In this document: positions 27,698 to 38,360 of the stretch, one piece after another
Layout of the letters: each line of letters opens with the position of its first letter
Position numbering within the stretch: position 1 is the first letter of the stretch
Source of the DNA: a bacterium
GTDB taxonomy: Bacteria; SZUA-182; DTGQ01
Assembly: GCA_040752695.1 (NCBI GenBank)
Contig: JBFMGO010000027.1
Span: forward strand, 1 to 40,806
Length of the DNA: 40,806 nt
Direction: 5' to 3'
Notes under the pieces: model-generated
The model's input: only the letters and a program-made list of their open reading frames with translations
Databases searched by the model: none
Told to the model about the DNA's origin: nothing
Position numbers and translations under genes: made by a program

Positions 27698-27820
27698 TAA
27701 TAAAATTTATAAGGAAAGTTACCAGATCTTATAAATTAACCATTAAAAAAGGAGGGAAGAAAGTATAGTAAATCCTTTGAGACAGGTGGAGAAAATCTAA
27801 AAACATAAGGGGGAAAAATC

Positions 27821-28381
27821 ATGAACAGGAAAAAAGGCATGAAAGCATCAGTTTTATTAGTTCTTTCCTTTATTGGGATAAGCGCTCTTTTCGCAGCCTT
27901 TGGAACAAGAGCCAGAGCTCAGAATTGGGTTGCCTTACCTCCCTATAATACTCTGTGGCCATTGTGGTCCCCGGTGCTCTCTCCGGTAAGTACAGCTACC
28001 GGCCTCCCAACACCTTTGGTTACCAGTCTTACTCCGGATACGGTCCTGCCAAGACAGCCTGGTCTGACCTGGTCTCCATTTCGAAGGAATCCCTGGCTGC
28101 TCTACAACACTCCCCTGGGCATGGCGTTCTATGATCCGACTGTAGGGGTCAGTCTCTGGCCACCGAGAATTTTAGTTAACCAGATCACCGGTCTTCCTAT
28201 TACGCTTTCCTTGCCAACCGGTTATGCAGATCTTTCTCCGACACAGACCTCATGGGTTGTAAATAATGTCCCTGCGGCTAACTGGTCGTATTTGGCGGCC
28301 TATCCCAGCTACTCAACCGTGGCATCAACTCTTTCTCAGCCGACCATTACTTCGCTTCTGACACCTACTGCACTTTTATAA
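27821..28381 (+). CDS. Secreted Pro/Trp/Leu-rich protein, paralog 2 (186 aa)
   Basis: AAGGGGG RBS; signal peptide ending ARA, then QNWVALPPYNTLWPLWSPVLSP. Confidence 0.88.
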   Translation: MNRKKGMKASVLLVLSFIGISALFAAFGTRARAQNWVALPPYNTLWPLWSPVLSPVSTATGLPTPLVTSLTPDTVLPRQPGLTWSPFRRNPWLLYNTPLGMAFYDPTVGVSLWPPRILVNQITGLPITLSLPTGYADLSPTQTSWVVNNVPAANWSYLAAYPSYSTVASTLSQPTITSLLTPTALL

Positions 28382-28514
28382 ACGATTTCCTTCTTTCTCT
28401 CTGGAAGCGAGCAGGGCGCAGGGCCTAACAGGTCTCGATCACAATTGGTTCCCGGAGTGGACCCGTTCCTCTCCTGAGTACACATCGCGTTCAATACGCG
28501 ATCGGTTTGCCGTG

Positions 28515-28569
28515 CAGTGAATCCCCTCGCCCCAGCCCTCTCCCCTTCAGGGGGCGAGGGGATTCACTG
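28515..28569. terminator. 19-bp-stem hairpin (CCCCTCnCCCCAGCCCTCTCCC REP-type) between convergent genes
   Basis: CAGTGAATCCCCTCGCCCC...GGGGCGAGGGGATTCACTG. Confidence 0.7.
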
Positions 28570-28641
28570 GGGAATGCCTCTGATTCGGCTGTTCGGAGGC
28601 GGAAAACCAACGGGCTGGGTAGTTAGTTCCCGCGGCCCGTA

Positions 28642-29109
28642 CTAAGCCTCTCCAATGATTATTTTATCTCCGGCCATGGAGGCCCTGACCAGAGTCAGAG
28701 GTTTTGGTGCAGGTCCGGATTTCACATTCCCATTGAGATCATACTTGGCACCATGACAGGGGCAAACGATTTCCTTGCTGGTTTCATCCCACTGCACAAT
28801 GCATCCCAGATGAGTGCACACTGCCGACATGGCAAAAAGGCCTTCGGCAGTGTTGATGACAATGGTTGGAGTTTCCTTATAATTGACAACTTTGGATTTT
28901 CCCATCTCGATTTCGGCTGCATTGACTTCAATGACACCTGAATCCCTGGAGGCCCTCTGGGGCGGGATCAGGTATCGGACTACAGGGTAAACGAACACTC
29001 CTGCCAATACTCCGAAAATCCCTTTAGCCAAAATATCCAAGAAAATCCTGCGAGTAACTGAAAGACAAGATTTGCGCGGTTTAACCAGCTCCGTATTAGC
29101 TAATTCCAT
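28642..29109 (-). CDS. Rieske [2Fe-2S] protein (PetC/QcrA-like, Tat-type membrane anchor)
   Basis: TRRIFL plus TM helix; CTHLGC and CPCHG boxes; SGPAPKPL. Confidence 0.92.
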   Translation of the reverse strand: MELANTELVKPRKSCLSVTRRIFLDILAKGIFGVLAGVFVYPVVRYLIPPQRASRDSGVIEVNAAEIEMGKSKVVNYKETPTIVINTAEGLFAMSAVCTHLGCIVQWDETSKEIVCPCHGAKYDLNGNVKSGPAPKPLTLVRASMAGDKIIIGEA

Positions 29110-29249
29110 AATTATGCATCGACTCCAGTAAAAAAACGGTTCAAGTTATCCTGCAAGTGACTTAAAACAAGACTCTTCAGGGCTGGCAATGACTATCACC
29201 AGGTTTGAAATATAAGCGACGACCATGTTTTGGCAAGGAACTCCGACTT

Positions 29250-30680
29250 TTAGTAAGAGACTCCGGTAAGGTCGTTGATTCCATCTCCGTTGGCGTCAGT
29301 AAAATAATCGTTGATACCGTCCCCATTCGTATCCTGCCAGCCAGATCCATTGGCATAGTGCATTCCTTCGCAGGTTTTGCCCGCATCGCAGATTCCATCT
29401 CCATCTGCATCGGCGAAATTATCGTTGATGCCATCGCCATTTTGGTCTACGAACTTTAACCGGTATCCCCGGGGAACCCTTCGGCCTGTCAGGTCATTGA
29501 TTCCATCTCCGTTGGCATCGGTAAATCTATCGTTGATGCCATCGTCATCTTCATCCAGCCAGCCATATCCATGAAGGTACGCGACTCCATTGAGATCGTT
29601 CACACCATCTCCGTTCCGGTCCTGAAAAAAATCATTTAATCCATCGCTATTCTGATCGATAAATCCAAACGTAAAGCCATAGGGCGGGCCCTGGGGAAAC
29701 AGGTCATTTATTCCGTCTCCGTCTGCGTCACGGAAAAGATCATTGATTCCATCCGTGTTTTCATCCTGCCATCCATAGCCTTGGGCGTATGACTGACCGG
29801 TTAGGTCATTTATTCCGTCTCCGTCCGCATCACGGAAGAGGTCATTGATTCCATTTCCATCTTCATCTTTCCAGGGGAATCGGTATCCATCGAACCCTGT
29901 GCAGGTTAACTGACCATCCTCGTCAATGCCGGTAATCCGGTCCAAATCGAGGTCATAGGCCAGGGTGAGCCGGATGCGTCTTCTGGCTGTCAATTGTCCG
30001 TCGAGATACAATGCCAGCGAATAATCTCCCACCGGGCAATCCTGAATTTGAAAGCGGCCATCCGAATCCGGAACTCCATATAAGTTGGTCCCTTCCAAAA
30101 CCATAACCACCGGGTATTGGGTGATGGCCGTGTTCATGACACCACCACCCCTGCCTGTTCCTGGTCCGCCGTCGCCAGTACCCGACCCTGCCCCGCTGTT
30201 CTGAGGGCCTGGTGAGCCTGTAGGAGGACCAGGGACGCCATCCGGCGGGCCTGTTGCAGTGCCATCCTGCGATCCTGTGGTTCCATCCGGAGGGCCTGTG
30301 GTTCCATCCGGAGGGCCATTTCCCGCTCCGGTCTGCCCATCGGGGGGGCCGCCGCCGACAGAGACATCACTTCCATCCTGAGATCCCCCATTGGGACCGG
30401 GAACATTATCTGGAGGGCCAACCGTGCCGTCAGGGCCAGGATTCCCTGGCCCTTTCAGCAAGGTGCTGGGGCGAGAAAAATCAGGCTCCACTATGCCCGA
30501 GACGGCAGCTCCTGCAAAAAGATTCGATTCTTCGGGAACAAGAGAAGTAAGCTGACTATCATTATCCGATGAGACGTTATCAGTATTACACCCTGATGAG
30601 AAGAACAAGAGTATTACGATTAAGGCTGCTTTTATCCCACAGCTCTTCATTCCACGATGACCCATGCCACAATGACCCAT
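29250..30680 (-). CDS. Lipoprotein with a GPPDG-rich linker, a carboxypeptidase-regulatory-like domain and 12 DxDGDGIND Ca-binding-like motifs
   Basis: Lipobox FSSGC; repeated GPPDG; DSDGRFQIQDCPVGDY; six pairs of W/F-x-D-x-D/N-x-D-G-I-N-D motifs. Confidence 0.8.
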   Translation of the reverse strand: MGHCGMGHRGMKSCGIKAALIVILLFFSSGCNTDNVSSDNDSQLTSLVPEESNLFAGAAVSGIVEPDFSRPSTLLKGPGNPGPDGTVGPPDNVPGPNGGSQDGSDVSVGGGPPDGQTGAGNGPPDGTTGPPDGTTGSQDGTATGPPDGVPGPPTGSPGPQNSGAGSGTGDGGPGTGRGGGVMNTAITQYPVVMVLEGTNLYGVPDSDGRFQIQDCPVGDYSLALYLDGQLTARRRIRLTLAYDLDLDRITGIDEDGQLTCTGFDGYRFPWKDEDGNGINDLFRDADGDGINDLTGQSYAQGYGWQDENTDGINDLFRDADGDGINDLFPQGPPYGFTFGFIDQNSDGLNDFFQDRNGDGVNDLNGVAYLHGYGWLDEDDDGINDRFTDANGDGINDLTGRRVPRGYRLKFVDQNGDGINDNFADADGDGICDAGKTCEGMHYANGSGWQDTNGDGINDYFTDANGDGINDLTGVSY

Positions 30681-30769
30681 TAAAAAACCCCCCTATATGT
30701 GTAGTAGAAAAAAATGGGTGATAAACGTTCTGCGCTCATTCCTCAACCTCCTTTGTGCCTGAGTATGAA

Positions 30770-30784
30770 GCAAGATTGATACCA
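30770..30784 (-). promoter_or_regulatory. sigma54 promoter for the lipoprotein-Rieske unit
   Basis: Minus strand reads TGGTATCAATCTTGC, ~90 bp upstream of the ATG and divergent from the CbiM/bEBP genes. Confidence 0.7.
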
Positions 30785-31200
30785 GGGGTGAAAACGAAAA
30801 TGAAGAATAAGGTTTGATTCGCGGCCCTCTCCATAAAAAAGTGAGATATACCAGTCATGGCGCTTTAAGTCTCAGTATTCTCATAGATGTCTCAAGGGTT
30901 TCACATGTTCACTGTTTCTGTTCCAATTTTGAAACGCTTTGATATCGATGATGAAAAGCAGGGCAGAATCTTCCAATTATCGAGCAGTTCTTTGCCGAAT
31001 AAGAAAGAGAGTGAAAATCCGGCATCTTTCAAGGCGGCACGCCGCAGAGGCGCCAAAACGTACAGGTCAATTTATGGCGATGGATCAATTCATGGCAATC
31101 GATATATCTCAAAAATAAAATAAATAAAAGAAATAAAGAATACAGAAAAATATGCTTAAATATTATCCCTTTGACGAAGGAGAGGAGGTGCGAAGAGGCT

Positions 31201-32235
31201 GTGCATGCACCGGATGGATTTTATAGTGATAGCCTTTGCCTGGTCATGGATCTGGCCTGCGCCGGCGTTCTGACTTACAGCCTGAAAAAAATCTGGAGGC
31301 AGATCAACACTCCGGAGGTTTTGCTGGCCAGCAGCGTAGGGGCCTTTTGCTTTGCCCTGGAGATGGCCAACTTCGAGGTTACCCGCGGCTCTTCCTGCCA
31401 TTTTATGGGAGGTATTTTTGCCTCCATTGTCCTGGGACCTTACCTGGCCACGCTGGTTATGACCCTGGCCCATTTTATTCAAGTTTTCATATTCCAGGAT
31501 GGGGGAATCATGGCCCTGGGACCCAATTTAGTGACTATTGTCGTTGTCAGCACTTTTGGGGGCTATTATCTCTACTTTCAATTAAAGAACCTGGTCATCG
31601 AGCCCTATGGGTATTATATCAGTGCATTTCTTTCAGCCTGGCTCACCCTCCTGATTACCAGCCTGACCGTGTGCGGGATGCTATCCGTATGCGGAATCGA
31701 GAAGTTTTCAGCCACTATCAGTCCCATGCTCGGCCCCCATGTCGTGGTGGGAATTACAGAAGGAGTGCTGACTGTCCTTCTCATAATGGGGATACAAGCG
31801 CTGTCAGCGGGCCATCCTCCTGATCCTCAGGAGACAGCACCCCGGTCAACCCGGAAAGTGGCCTGGGCATTGCTGGGCATGGCACTCCTGGTGAGCCTGG
31901 TCATTTCTCCATTTGCTTCCAGGTCTGCTGAAGGGTTGAAAGTATTCGCACTTAACCGCATTTATCTGCGTTCACATAAAATCGTAATCCCTTACCAGGC
32001 ACCTGTTCCCAATTATCACCTGCCTGGTGTCAGAAATCAGAAAATGGCCAAGATTCTCGGAGGAACGCTTGGAACACTGCTGACCTTCTTTTTCTGTTTC
32101 CTCGTATGTTCCGCAATCAGGGAGAAAGCCGGCCACACAGCAGGCAAAGAACCCGCCGACCTGGAACTACATTATAGACAACATGATCAAGATTGGCAAG
32201 ACGGACAAATCAGGCCAGATAGGCAACACACATAA
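31201..32235 (+). CDS. CbiM/NikM-type ECF S-component fused to a degenerate PDGLE (NikN-like) domain
   Basis: GTG at 31201 gives the diagnostic N-terminus MHAPDGF. Also [30 protein letters not shown] and [11 protein letters not shown] (cf. ASxxPDGLE). Confidence 0.85.
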   Translation: MHAPDGFYSDSLCLVMDLACAGVLTYSLKKIWRQINTPEVLLASSVGAFCFALEMANFEVTRGSSCHFMGGIFASIVLGPYLATLVMTLAHFIQVFIFQDGGIMALGPNLVTIVVVSTFGGYYLYFQLKNLVIEPYGYYISAFLSAWLTLLITSLTVCGMLSVCGIEKFSATISPMLGPHVVVGITEGVLTVLLIMGIQALSAGHPPDPQETAPRSTRKVAWALLGMALLVSLVISPFASRSAEGLKVFALNRIYLRSHKIVIPYQAPVPNYHLPGVRNQKMAKILGGTLGTLLTFFFCFLVCSAIREKAGHTAGKEPADLELHYRQHDQDWQDGQIRPDRQHT

Positions 32236-35104
32236 GGCGGGCAAGCGGGATAAGATGGACAAGCGGGATAAAAAGCCGAACAAAATCCTAAAAAGCATCC
32301 TGATACCTTTCATCCTGGTATTTCTTACTATTTTTTTGACTCATATGGGTATGCAGACTCAACTTGTTGACCAGGAACTGGATAAGCTCAACAGTAGGAA
32401 TATGGCTGCCCAGATGCAATTCATTCAGAACCACTTTCTAACCGATGAAGTGAGAAAACCGGTGAAGGTATTGCAGTACGCGGTGGGTTCCCTTTTTCCG
32501 GGAATCCTCCAGGGGGCATCCACAGACCAGGAGGAGTCTTCCCCTCAATCAGCGCGATTGAAAAGCGATTTGAGCCTCGATCATGTGGCTTTTTTCGACT
32601 TGCACGGCAAATTGCTGGCCCGGAAAGCTCTTTCTCCCCTGCATGAAGAAGAGAACCTGACCGAGTTTCAGGGCTTGATCAGAGAAGGGAAAGTGAGCAG
32701 GGAGATTTTTGGATTCGATAAAACGGCTCACGGCCTGGTCTTAAAGATAGTTTTCCCTATTTACGGGTCTCAAAAGAAAACTATTGGTTATATATCGGCT
32801 ATCCGTTCTCTGGATAGCCATTTTTTCAGGAAAATCCATCATCCTCCTAACCTGGATATCATGATTTTTAGAGGCGATCAGGCTATTTTCAGCACCATCC
32901 CTGCCAGGGCAGGTGAGCCATTCTCGATCCCCCCGGAGATTCGAAAAAAGGTTCTTCAGGCTCATCTGGAATCACCGCAATCAGTCGAGCGTATCTTTAT
33001 CTTCGATACCCAATATTATGTTATTTCTTTTCCTTTCCAAAATTTTCAGGGGGAGACCGTAGGAACTCTCATGCTGGTAGCCAGTCTGGAGGCAAAAGAG
33101 CAGAGCCTGAAAAAGATTGTTTCCTATTTGCTGGCAGCCAGCCTGATCGGGATGATACTGCTCGTATCATTTGGATTTCTTATCAGCAAAGGGATAACCG
33201 CCCCTCTCGAAGGGCTTATTCAGGCTACTCACCGGCTTTCTGCCGGGGATCTCAATACCAGGGCAGCGATCCAGTCTCACCGAGAACTCATTACCTTATC
33301 ACAAGCCTTCAATACCATGACTGAAAACCTGCAGCGTACCTTGATCTCGAAAAACTATTTCCATACGATTATTGATACCATCAATGACCTTTTAATTATC
33401 ATTTCTCCTGATCAGCATATTACCTTTGTCAATCAGGCTACCTTGAAAGTATTAGGGTACGAAAGAGAAGAATTGCTCGGCAAGCCGTTTCATTTTCTTT
33501 TAGAAAAGAATTGCTCTTTGAGAGAGGTGGATCTGAACACAGAAGCTCAAAAAGGAATGATCGAGGATACCTCCTGTGACCTGATAACGAAAGCGGGTGA
33601 ATCCATACCGGTGAGTTTTTCAGGGTGGCCCATGCTGGACGAAAAAAAGCAGGTTCTTGAAATCGTTGGCATTGCCCGTGACGTCCGGGAAAAAGCGGAA
33701 GCAGAGCGAAAGATAAAAGAAGAGCGGGATAAATTGAATACCCTGATCAATACGACCAATGACCTCATTTTTATTCGCACTCCGCAGGGAAAAACAACCT
33801 TTATCAGCCATGCTGTCCAGGATATTTTAGGGTATTCTCCCGAAGAATTTAAAAACCTTCCCTATGAGCTCTTTCTCAGCTCGAACCCGATCAACCAGGG
33901 TTTTCTGGAATCACCCGGCCGCTGGTGCGCGAAGGGGGAAAAGGTCGAGCCGTATTGGACCGAGTTTTTGGCTCGTGACGGAAAGCGGCTTTTCCTGGAA
34001 ATTAACGAGGCCCCTTTGCTGGGAAAAAAGGGAGAAATCATTCAGATTATGGGAATCGGCAGGGACATTTCGGAGAGAAAGAAGCTGGAAGAACAGGTGC
34101 GGGACTGGCAGGAAAGACAGTCAAAAACAACCGAAGAAACATACCAGTTCGGAAATATTATCGGTAAGAGTAGGAAAATGCAGGAAATCTATGAATTGAT
34201 AAAAGTAGTATCTCAAAATAACAGTACCGTTCTGGTGCAGGGTGAAAGCGGAACAGGGAAGGAGTTAATCGCTCAGGCTATCCACTATCAGAGCCTTCGC
34301 CGGGATCATCCGTTTATTGAGGTGACCTGTTCGGTATTGTCCGAGCAGCTCTTGGAAAGCGAGCTCTTTGGGCATGTAAAGGGTGCTTTTACAGGCGCTG
34401 TTTCGGATAAGCCCGGCCGTTTTGAGCTGGCGGACGGAGGAACTATTTTTCTTGACGAGATAGGTGATGTCAGCTTGAATGAGCAGGTTAAATTGCTCCG
34501 TGTCGTGCAGGAGCGGGAGATTGTGCGGGTGGGAGGGAATAAGAGGATCAAAATCAATGTCCGGATTATTGCTGCTACCAATAAAAATTTAAAAGAAGCT
34601 GTGGCCCGGGGCACTTTTCGGGAGGATCTTTTCTACCGCCTGAACGTGGTACCGGTCATTGTCCCCCCTTTGCGGGAGAGGAAAGAGGATATTCCTCTTT
34701 TGGTAAATCACTTCATAAAGAAGATGAATAAGAAAATCGGAAAGCAAATCAACGGCATCTCTCAAAAGGCCCTGAACATCTTATGGAAAGATGATTGGCC
34801 GGGAAATATCCGTCAATTGGAAAATACCATCGAATATGCGGTAATCCGCTGCCGGGACCCGGAAATTAAAGTGAGGGACCTCCCTGCGGAAATTCATGAT
34901 CTGGAGGGAGAGAGTGCTTCCTCATCAGTGCAGGATTTAATGGCGGACATAGAACGATCGGCTCTCATCGATGTTCTGGAGAATTGTCAATGGAATATGA
35001 CTCAGGCAGCTCTCAAGTTAAACATCAGCAGAACAACACTATGGCGAAAGATTAAGAAGTATGAAGTAGTAAAACCAGATGGTCTGGAGACTGCTCTTTT
35101 ATGA
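32183..35104 (+). CDS. Membrane-bound sigma54-dependent activator: TM-Cache-like-TM-HAMP-PAS-PAS-AAA+-Fis HTH
   Basis: Two TMs; [12 protein letters not shown]...[12 protein letters not shown]; two PAS/PAC domains; Walker [66 protein letters not shown]. Confidence 0.95.
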   Translation: MIKIGKTDKSGQIGNTHKAGKRDKMDKRDKKPNKILKSILIPFILVFLTIFLTHMGMQTQLVDQELDKLNSRNMAAQMQFIQNHFLTDEVRKPVKVLQYAVGSLFPGILQGASTDQEESSPQSARLKSDLSLDHVAFFDLHGKLLARKALSPLHEEENLTEFQGLIREGKVSREIFGFDKTAHGLVLKIVFPIYGSQKKTIGYISAIRSLDSHFFRKIHHPPNLDIMIFRGDQAIFSTIPARAGEPFSIPPEIRKKVLQAHLESPQSVERIFIFDTQYYVISFPFQNFQGETVGTLMLVASLEAKEQSLKKIVSYLLAASLIGMILLVSFGFLISKGITAPLEGLIQATHRLSAGDLNTRAAIQSHRELITLSQAFNTMTENLQRTLISKNYFHTIIDTINDLLIIISPDQHITFVNQATLKVLGYEREELLGKPFHFLLEKNCSLREVDLNTEAQKGMIEDTSCDLITKAGESIPVSFSGWPMLDEKKQVLEIVGIARDVREKAEAERKIKEERDKLNTLINTTNDLIFIRTPQGKTTFISHAVQDILGYSPEEFKNLPYELFLSSNPINQGFLESPGRWCAKGEKVEPYWTEFLARDGKRLFLEINEAPLLGKKGEIIQIMGIGRDISERKKLEEQVRDWQERQSKTTEETYQFGNIIGKSRKMQEIYELIKVVSQNNSTVLVQGESGTGKELIAQAIHYQSLRRDHPFIEVTCSVLSEQLLESELFGHVKGAFTGAVSDKPGRFELADGGTIFLDEIGDVSLNEQVKLLRVVQEREIVRVGGNKRIKINVRIIAATNKNLKEAVARGTFREDLFYRLNVVPVIVPPLRERKEDIPLLVNHFIKKMNKKIGKQINGISQKALNILWKDDWPGNIRQLENTIEYAVIRCRDPEIKVRDLPAEIHDLEGESASSSVQDLMADIERSALIDVLENCQWNMTQAALKLNISRTTLWRKIKKYEVVKPDGLETALL

Positions 35105-35323
35105 AGTTCAATGTTTAAACAGACTGTTCTGTTCTTTTACTTATCAGAATAACTGTTTATTTTTTTTACAAGGTTATACCTTTCTTTTCAGCCTATCCAT
35201 AGTATCATGTTTCACTCTGTTTGTCGCACCGTGCTTCGTTTCTGTAACAATAAGGCCAAAGTACCTTTCAGATATTCCGGCTGAATCGGTGTGCACGCGT
35301 GCATTACCCTTTTTGGCCTGCTT

Positions 35324-35338
35324 CGGCATTATATTTGC
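35324..35338 (+). promoter_or_regulatory. sigma54 promoter for the large lipoprotein
   Basis: CGGCATTATATTTGC (GG-N10-GC), directly downstream of the bEBP gene. Confidence 0.65.
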
Positions 35339-35545
35339 ACAAAAGCCTAAGGTAAGGAGTATTACGGATGGATCACAAAGATGAATCAGCCAAAAAATTG
35401 ACCAAATTAACTCGAACTAAGCGTATGTGAAAGGGGATAAAATGGAAAAAGTGTAATCGCCTGTGCCTGATCACCAGTGTAAGCAGCTATTGTTTTTTGA
35501 ATCATATTGATAATCACACATTCGCTTTTATGGGGGGAGATACTG

Positions 35546-38281
35546 ATGCACAAGAGAATGCTCCTGTTCGCTGCTCTATGTACGATCACCTTGTCATTGT
35601 TAACCATGTGGGGATGCAACGGAGGAGGTGGAGAATCTCAATCTACGGGACTTGAGGACAACGGCTCTTTAGATGAGTCAGGATACTCGGCCTATGTTTT
35701 TGGCCCCGCAGCGGCAACATCCGGCCAGGCATTGTACAAGCTCTATAACCTTACGGATACAACGACGGAAGAGGGACTGGTGGTTCTGGACAGCCCTGAT
35801 CAGGCCCCTTCAGACTATGTTGCGCTCATCGGGTGCAGAGTGACACTCCCGGACGGAACAGAGGTCACAACGGATTCCAGCGGCAGGTTCCGGTTTAACC
35901 GCATACCCTATAACAGCTCTGAAAAGGGTATTCCCCTGCTTCTCGATCCGTCACAGTCGAACCATCCCCGCTTTGCCAGAGTCATCGTTCCTCTTATCGT
36001 GCCCCGCCGGGGAGCGGAACTTCCATTGGATAAAGAAGGACTTCGACTGGTCGTCAAGCCAGCCTCCCTGCTCCTGTCTCAGGACGCACGTTTCTTGTAC
36101 CACGCTTTTTGGGTCGATGACGAAAAGGGTGCCCTGTATGTGGTTCCTGCCGATGAGGTCACCTGGTCGGTCGAGACCGAAGGAGGGGGCGAGACTGTAG
36201 GCACCATGTCATCGCTCATTCCTGGACTCTTCCGGGCCTATGGTCTTGGCAAAGGGAGCGTTGTGGCCACGGTAACAACCAGTTCCGGGGAGATGACCGC
36301 CTCCGGTGAGGTAGAGGTTGTCAGCAGGCAGCAGGTAGCGCGGATATACGGGCAGGTTACCGATATCGGCCACCAGCCGATTGCGGGTGTAACCATCTTT
36401 GTCTCGGGATTTGAAAACGGAGTAACCACCAATGGCCAGGGCAACTATCTGATTCCCCGCGTTCCCACGGAAAAGAGCATGACTTTGACCTTTATCTACC
36501 GGGGGATCGTGGTCAAGACCCTGAACGATGTGTTCGTGGGCGAGGGAGAAGCAAAGGAAATCAATCTGCAACTGGATACCTTTCGTGAAACAGGGAGAGT
36601 TTCCTATCGCCCTGGCCAGAACCAGAGCAGCGGGCAGATCGTTCTGGCAGTAGAGGGAGTGCCCGGCCCGCTCTCCACGGATGAATTTCCCGGAACCAAA
36701 GAGTTCGAACTTTTGGGTGTAGCCGAAGTCGATCATGATCTTTACCTTCAACTCCAGGAAGACCCGAACCTGAGTGTTCCGGTCATGGTGGAGGGAGAAC
36801 CGCTCTTCTCCTCTGCCGATATGGGCAATTTCCTTCCACAGGTGCAAGTCGATGCTATTCAAATTTTGAACATACAACAAGATAGCCCTGTGCAAACATT
36901 GATAGGTGATATCGCCTGGGTGGAAGGGCAGGTTTCATTCAGGGTTGAGGCCAGAAACCAGAACGCGACCCCTGCACCGTTCATCCTCAAGGGGATGGAG
37001 AAATTCGCCAGGATTCTGGAAAAACTGCAGGGAGACTCAGGAGTCTGGTTTTCCGTTAAGATCATTGGCCAGGTTGACCGCGCGCACTCGAACATTACGG
37101 TCATCGAGATAAGCCTGGTTGAAACCTTTTTTGAGGGAAATGGAAGGATTTATTATGATCCGCAATTCGGGCCGGACGGGGCCATTCTGATGGAAACCTC
37201 CTCCAGCCTGGCAGCAGGGAGGTTAAACAGCCAGAGAGGTCCTTATCTTTTACTCAATGTCCAGTCCGCCTCGCCTGAGATTTATGACCTTTTAATGGCT
37301 TCTTCCGATCAGGGCTTTTCCGGAACAGTCTCCGGTGTAGAGATTGATGATCCAAACTGGGCTGCGTATGATTGCCAGCCGGTCAAAGTATCCCGTATTC
37401 AGCTTTATTCCGATGAGGGTAATTACCTGCTGCATAAGCAGGGGAAAATCTGGCTTGATGTACAGGGCCGGATCCGATTCTCTCTGTCCTTGACCGTACA
37501 GGGAAACGGGAACGGGTATTTTCTCCTGGAAGAGATTGACCCGTTCAATGACCTGCTCACCGATGTAAGACAATCACCCGGTATTGCTTTCTCCTGCTTT
37601 CTGTCCGGAAAGATCCAGAAGAACGATGACGGAACAAGCAGCATTATCGTCTGGCAACTGGAAATAAACGGCCGGGCATCGGATGGGGAAGGAGGGGCAA
37701 ATCTTAAGGCTGAAGGATTTATTTACTATGACAATAACACCACACGACCTACCGGCGGAATATTTGTGTACCAGAAGTTCCTGCCGGATGGGTCTATCGA
37801 TAACAAGGAATTGTATGAACTGAGTAATCTAACCCGGGGTAAGTACTCCGATACTGCGGATTTACTGAAAGACACTCCTGGGCTGATTATTCAAATCGAC
37901 GATCTCAACGCTACAAATACCAATGACTTGAACGGCGGGCAGCAGAATCCTCTTGGAGGGCTGCCCCGGCTGTTGGTCAACTCTATGACTGTCCTTGAGG
38001 ATGTAGACCCTCTTCTGAAAATTTCCGGCAGCTTGATTTATCACTCCTGGGAAAATATCCTGGAAATGGTGGCTACTTCACCTGCTTTCCGGGGAGAAAA
38101 TTATCAGAGCTACATTCTGCAAAGTGTGCCTGAGGCAGTCATGAGCCAAATCCTGGACCATCCGGACCGCTTTATCCCGGTATCCGGCATCATTCAAGTC
38201 TTACGGACAGAGCGGCGTTCCAGCCTTGAGCCGCAGATGGCCAGGGCTCTTGACCTGACGATCAAGGCGACACTGGATTAA
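35546..38281 (+). CDS. Large lipoprotein with Ig-like and carboxypeptidase-regulatory-like domains and a repeated beta-module C-terminal half
   Basis: ATG 35546 after GGGGAGA; lipobox MWGC-NGGGG; VTWSV...G.GSVVAT (Big_2-like); IYGQVTD..HQPIAGVTI...TTNGQGNY. Confidence 0.8.
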   Translation: MHKRMLLFAALCTITLSLLTMWGCNGGGGESQSTGLEDNGSLDESGYSAYVFGPAAATSGQALYKLYNLTDTTTEEGLVVLDSPDQAPSDYVALIGCRVTLPDGTEVTTDSSGRFRFNRIPYNSSEKGIPLLLDPSQSNHPRFARVIVPLIVPRRGAELPLDKEGLRLVVKPASLLLSQDARFLYHAFWVDDEKGALYVVPADEVTWSVETEGGGETVGTMSSLIPGLFRAYGLGKGSVVATVTTSSGEMTASGEVEVVSRQQVARIYGQVTDIGHQPIAGVTIFVSGFENGVTTNGQGNYLIPRVPTEKSMTLTFIYRGIVVKTLNDVFVGEGEAKEINLQLDTFRETGRVSYRPGQNQSSGQIVLAVEGVPGPLSTDEFPGTKEFELLGVAEVDHDLYLQLQEDPNLSVPVMVEGEPLFSSADMGNFLPQVQVDAIQILNIQQDSPVQTLIGDIAWVEGQVSFRVEARNQNATPAPFILKGMEKFARILEKLQGDSGVWFSVKIIGQVDRAHSNITVIEISLVETFFEGNGRIYYDPQFGPDGAILMETSSSLAAGRLNSQRGPYLLLNVQSASPEIYDLLMASSDQGFSGTVSGVEIDDPNWAAYDCQPVKVSRIQLYSDEGNYLLHKQGKIWLDVQGRIRFSLSLTVQGNGNGYFLLEEIDPFNDLLTDVRQSPGIAFSCFLSGKIQKNDDGTSSIIVWQLEINGRASDGEGGANLKAEGFIYYDNNTTRPTGGIFVYQKFLPDGSIDNKELYELSNLTRGKYSDTADLLKDTPGLIIQIDDLNATNTNDLNGGQQNPLGGLPRLLVNSMTVLEDVDPLLKISGSLIYHSWENILEMVATSPAFRGENYQSYILQSVPEAVMSQILDHPDRFIPVSGIIQVLRTERRSSLEPQMARALDLTIKATLD

Positions 38282-38319
38282 TGATCATTTGTTTGCCTTG
38301 CGGCTGATGATTATTTGCC

Positions 38320-38360
38320 TGCCCCCTTTCCCTGAAATGCTAAGGAAAGGGGGCATTTTC
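38320..38360 (+). terminator. Rho-independent terminator
   Basis: TGCCCCCTTTCC...GGAAAGGGGGCA followed by TTTTC. Confidence 0.75.

Noticed and set aside
30990..31060. Cobalamin riboswitch upstream of cbiM (AATAAGAAAGAGAGTGAAAATCCGGC)
   Set aside because: It lacks the GGGAA, GCCCCCGC-ACTGT and B12-box elements; the resemblance is superficial.
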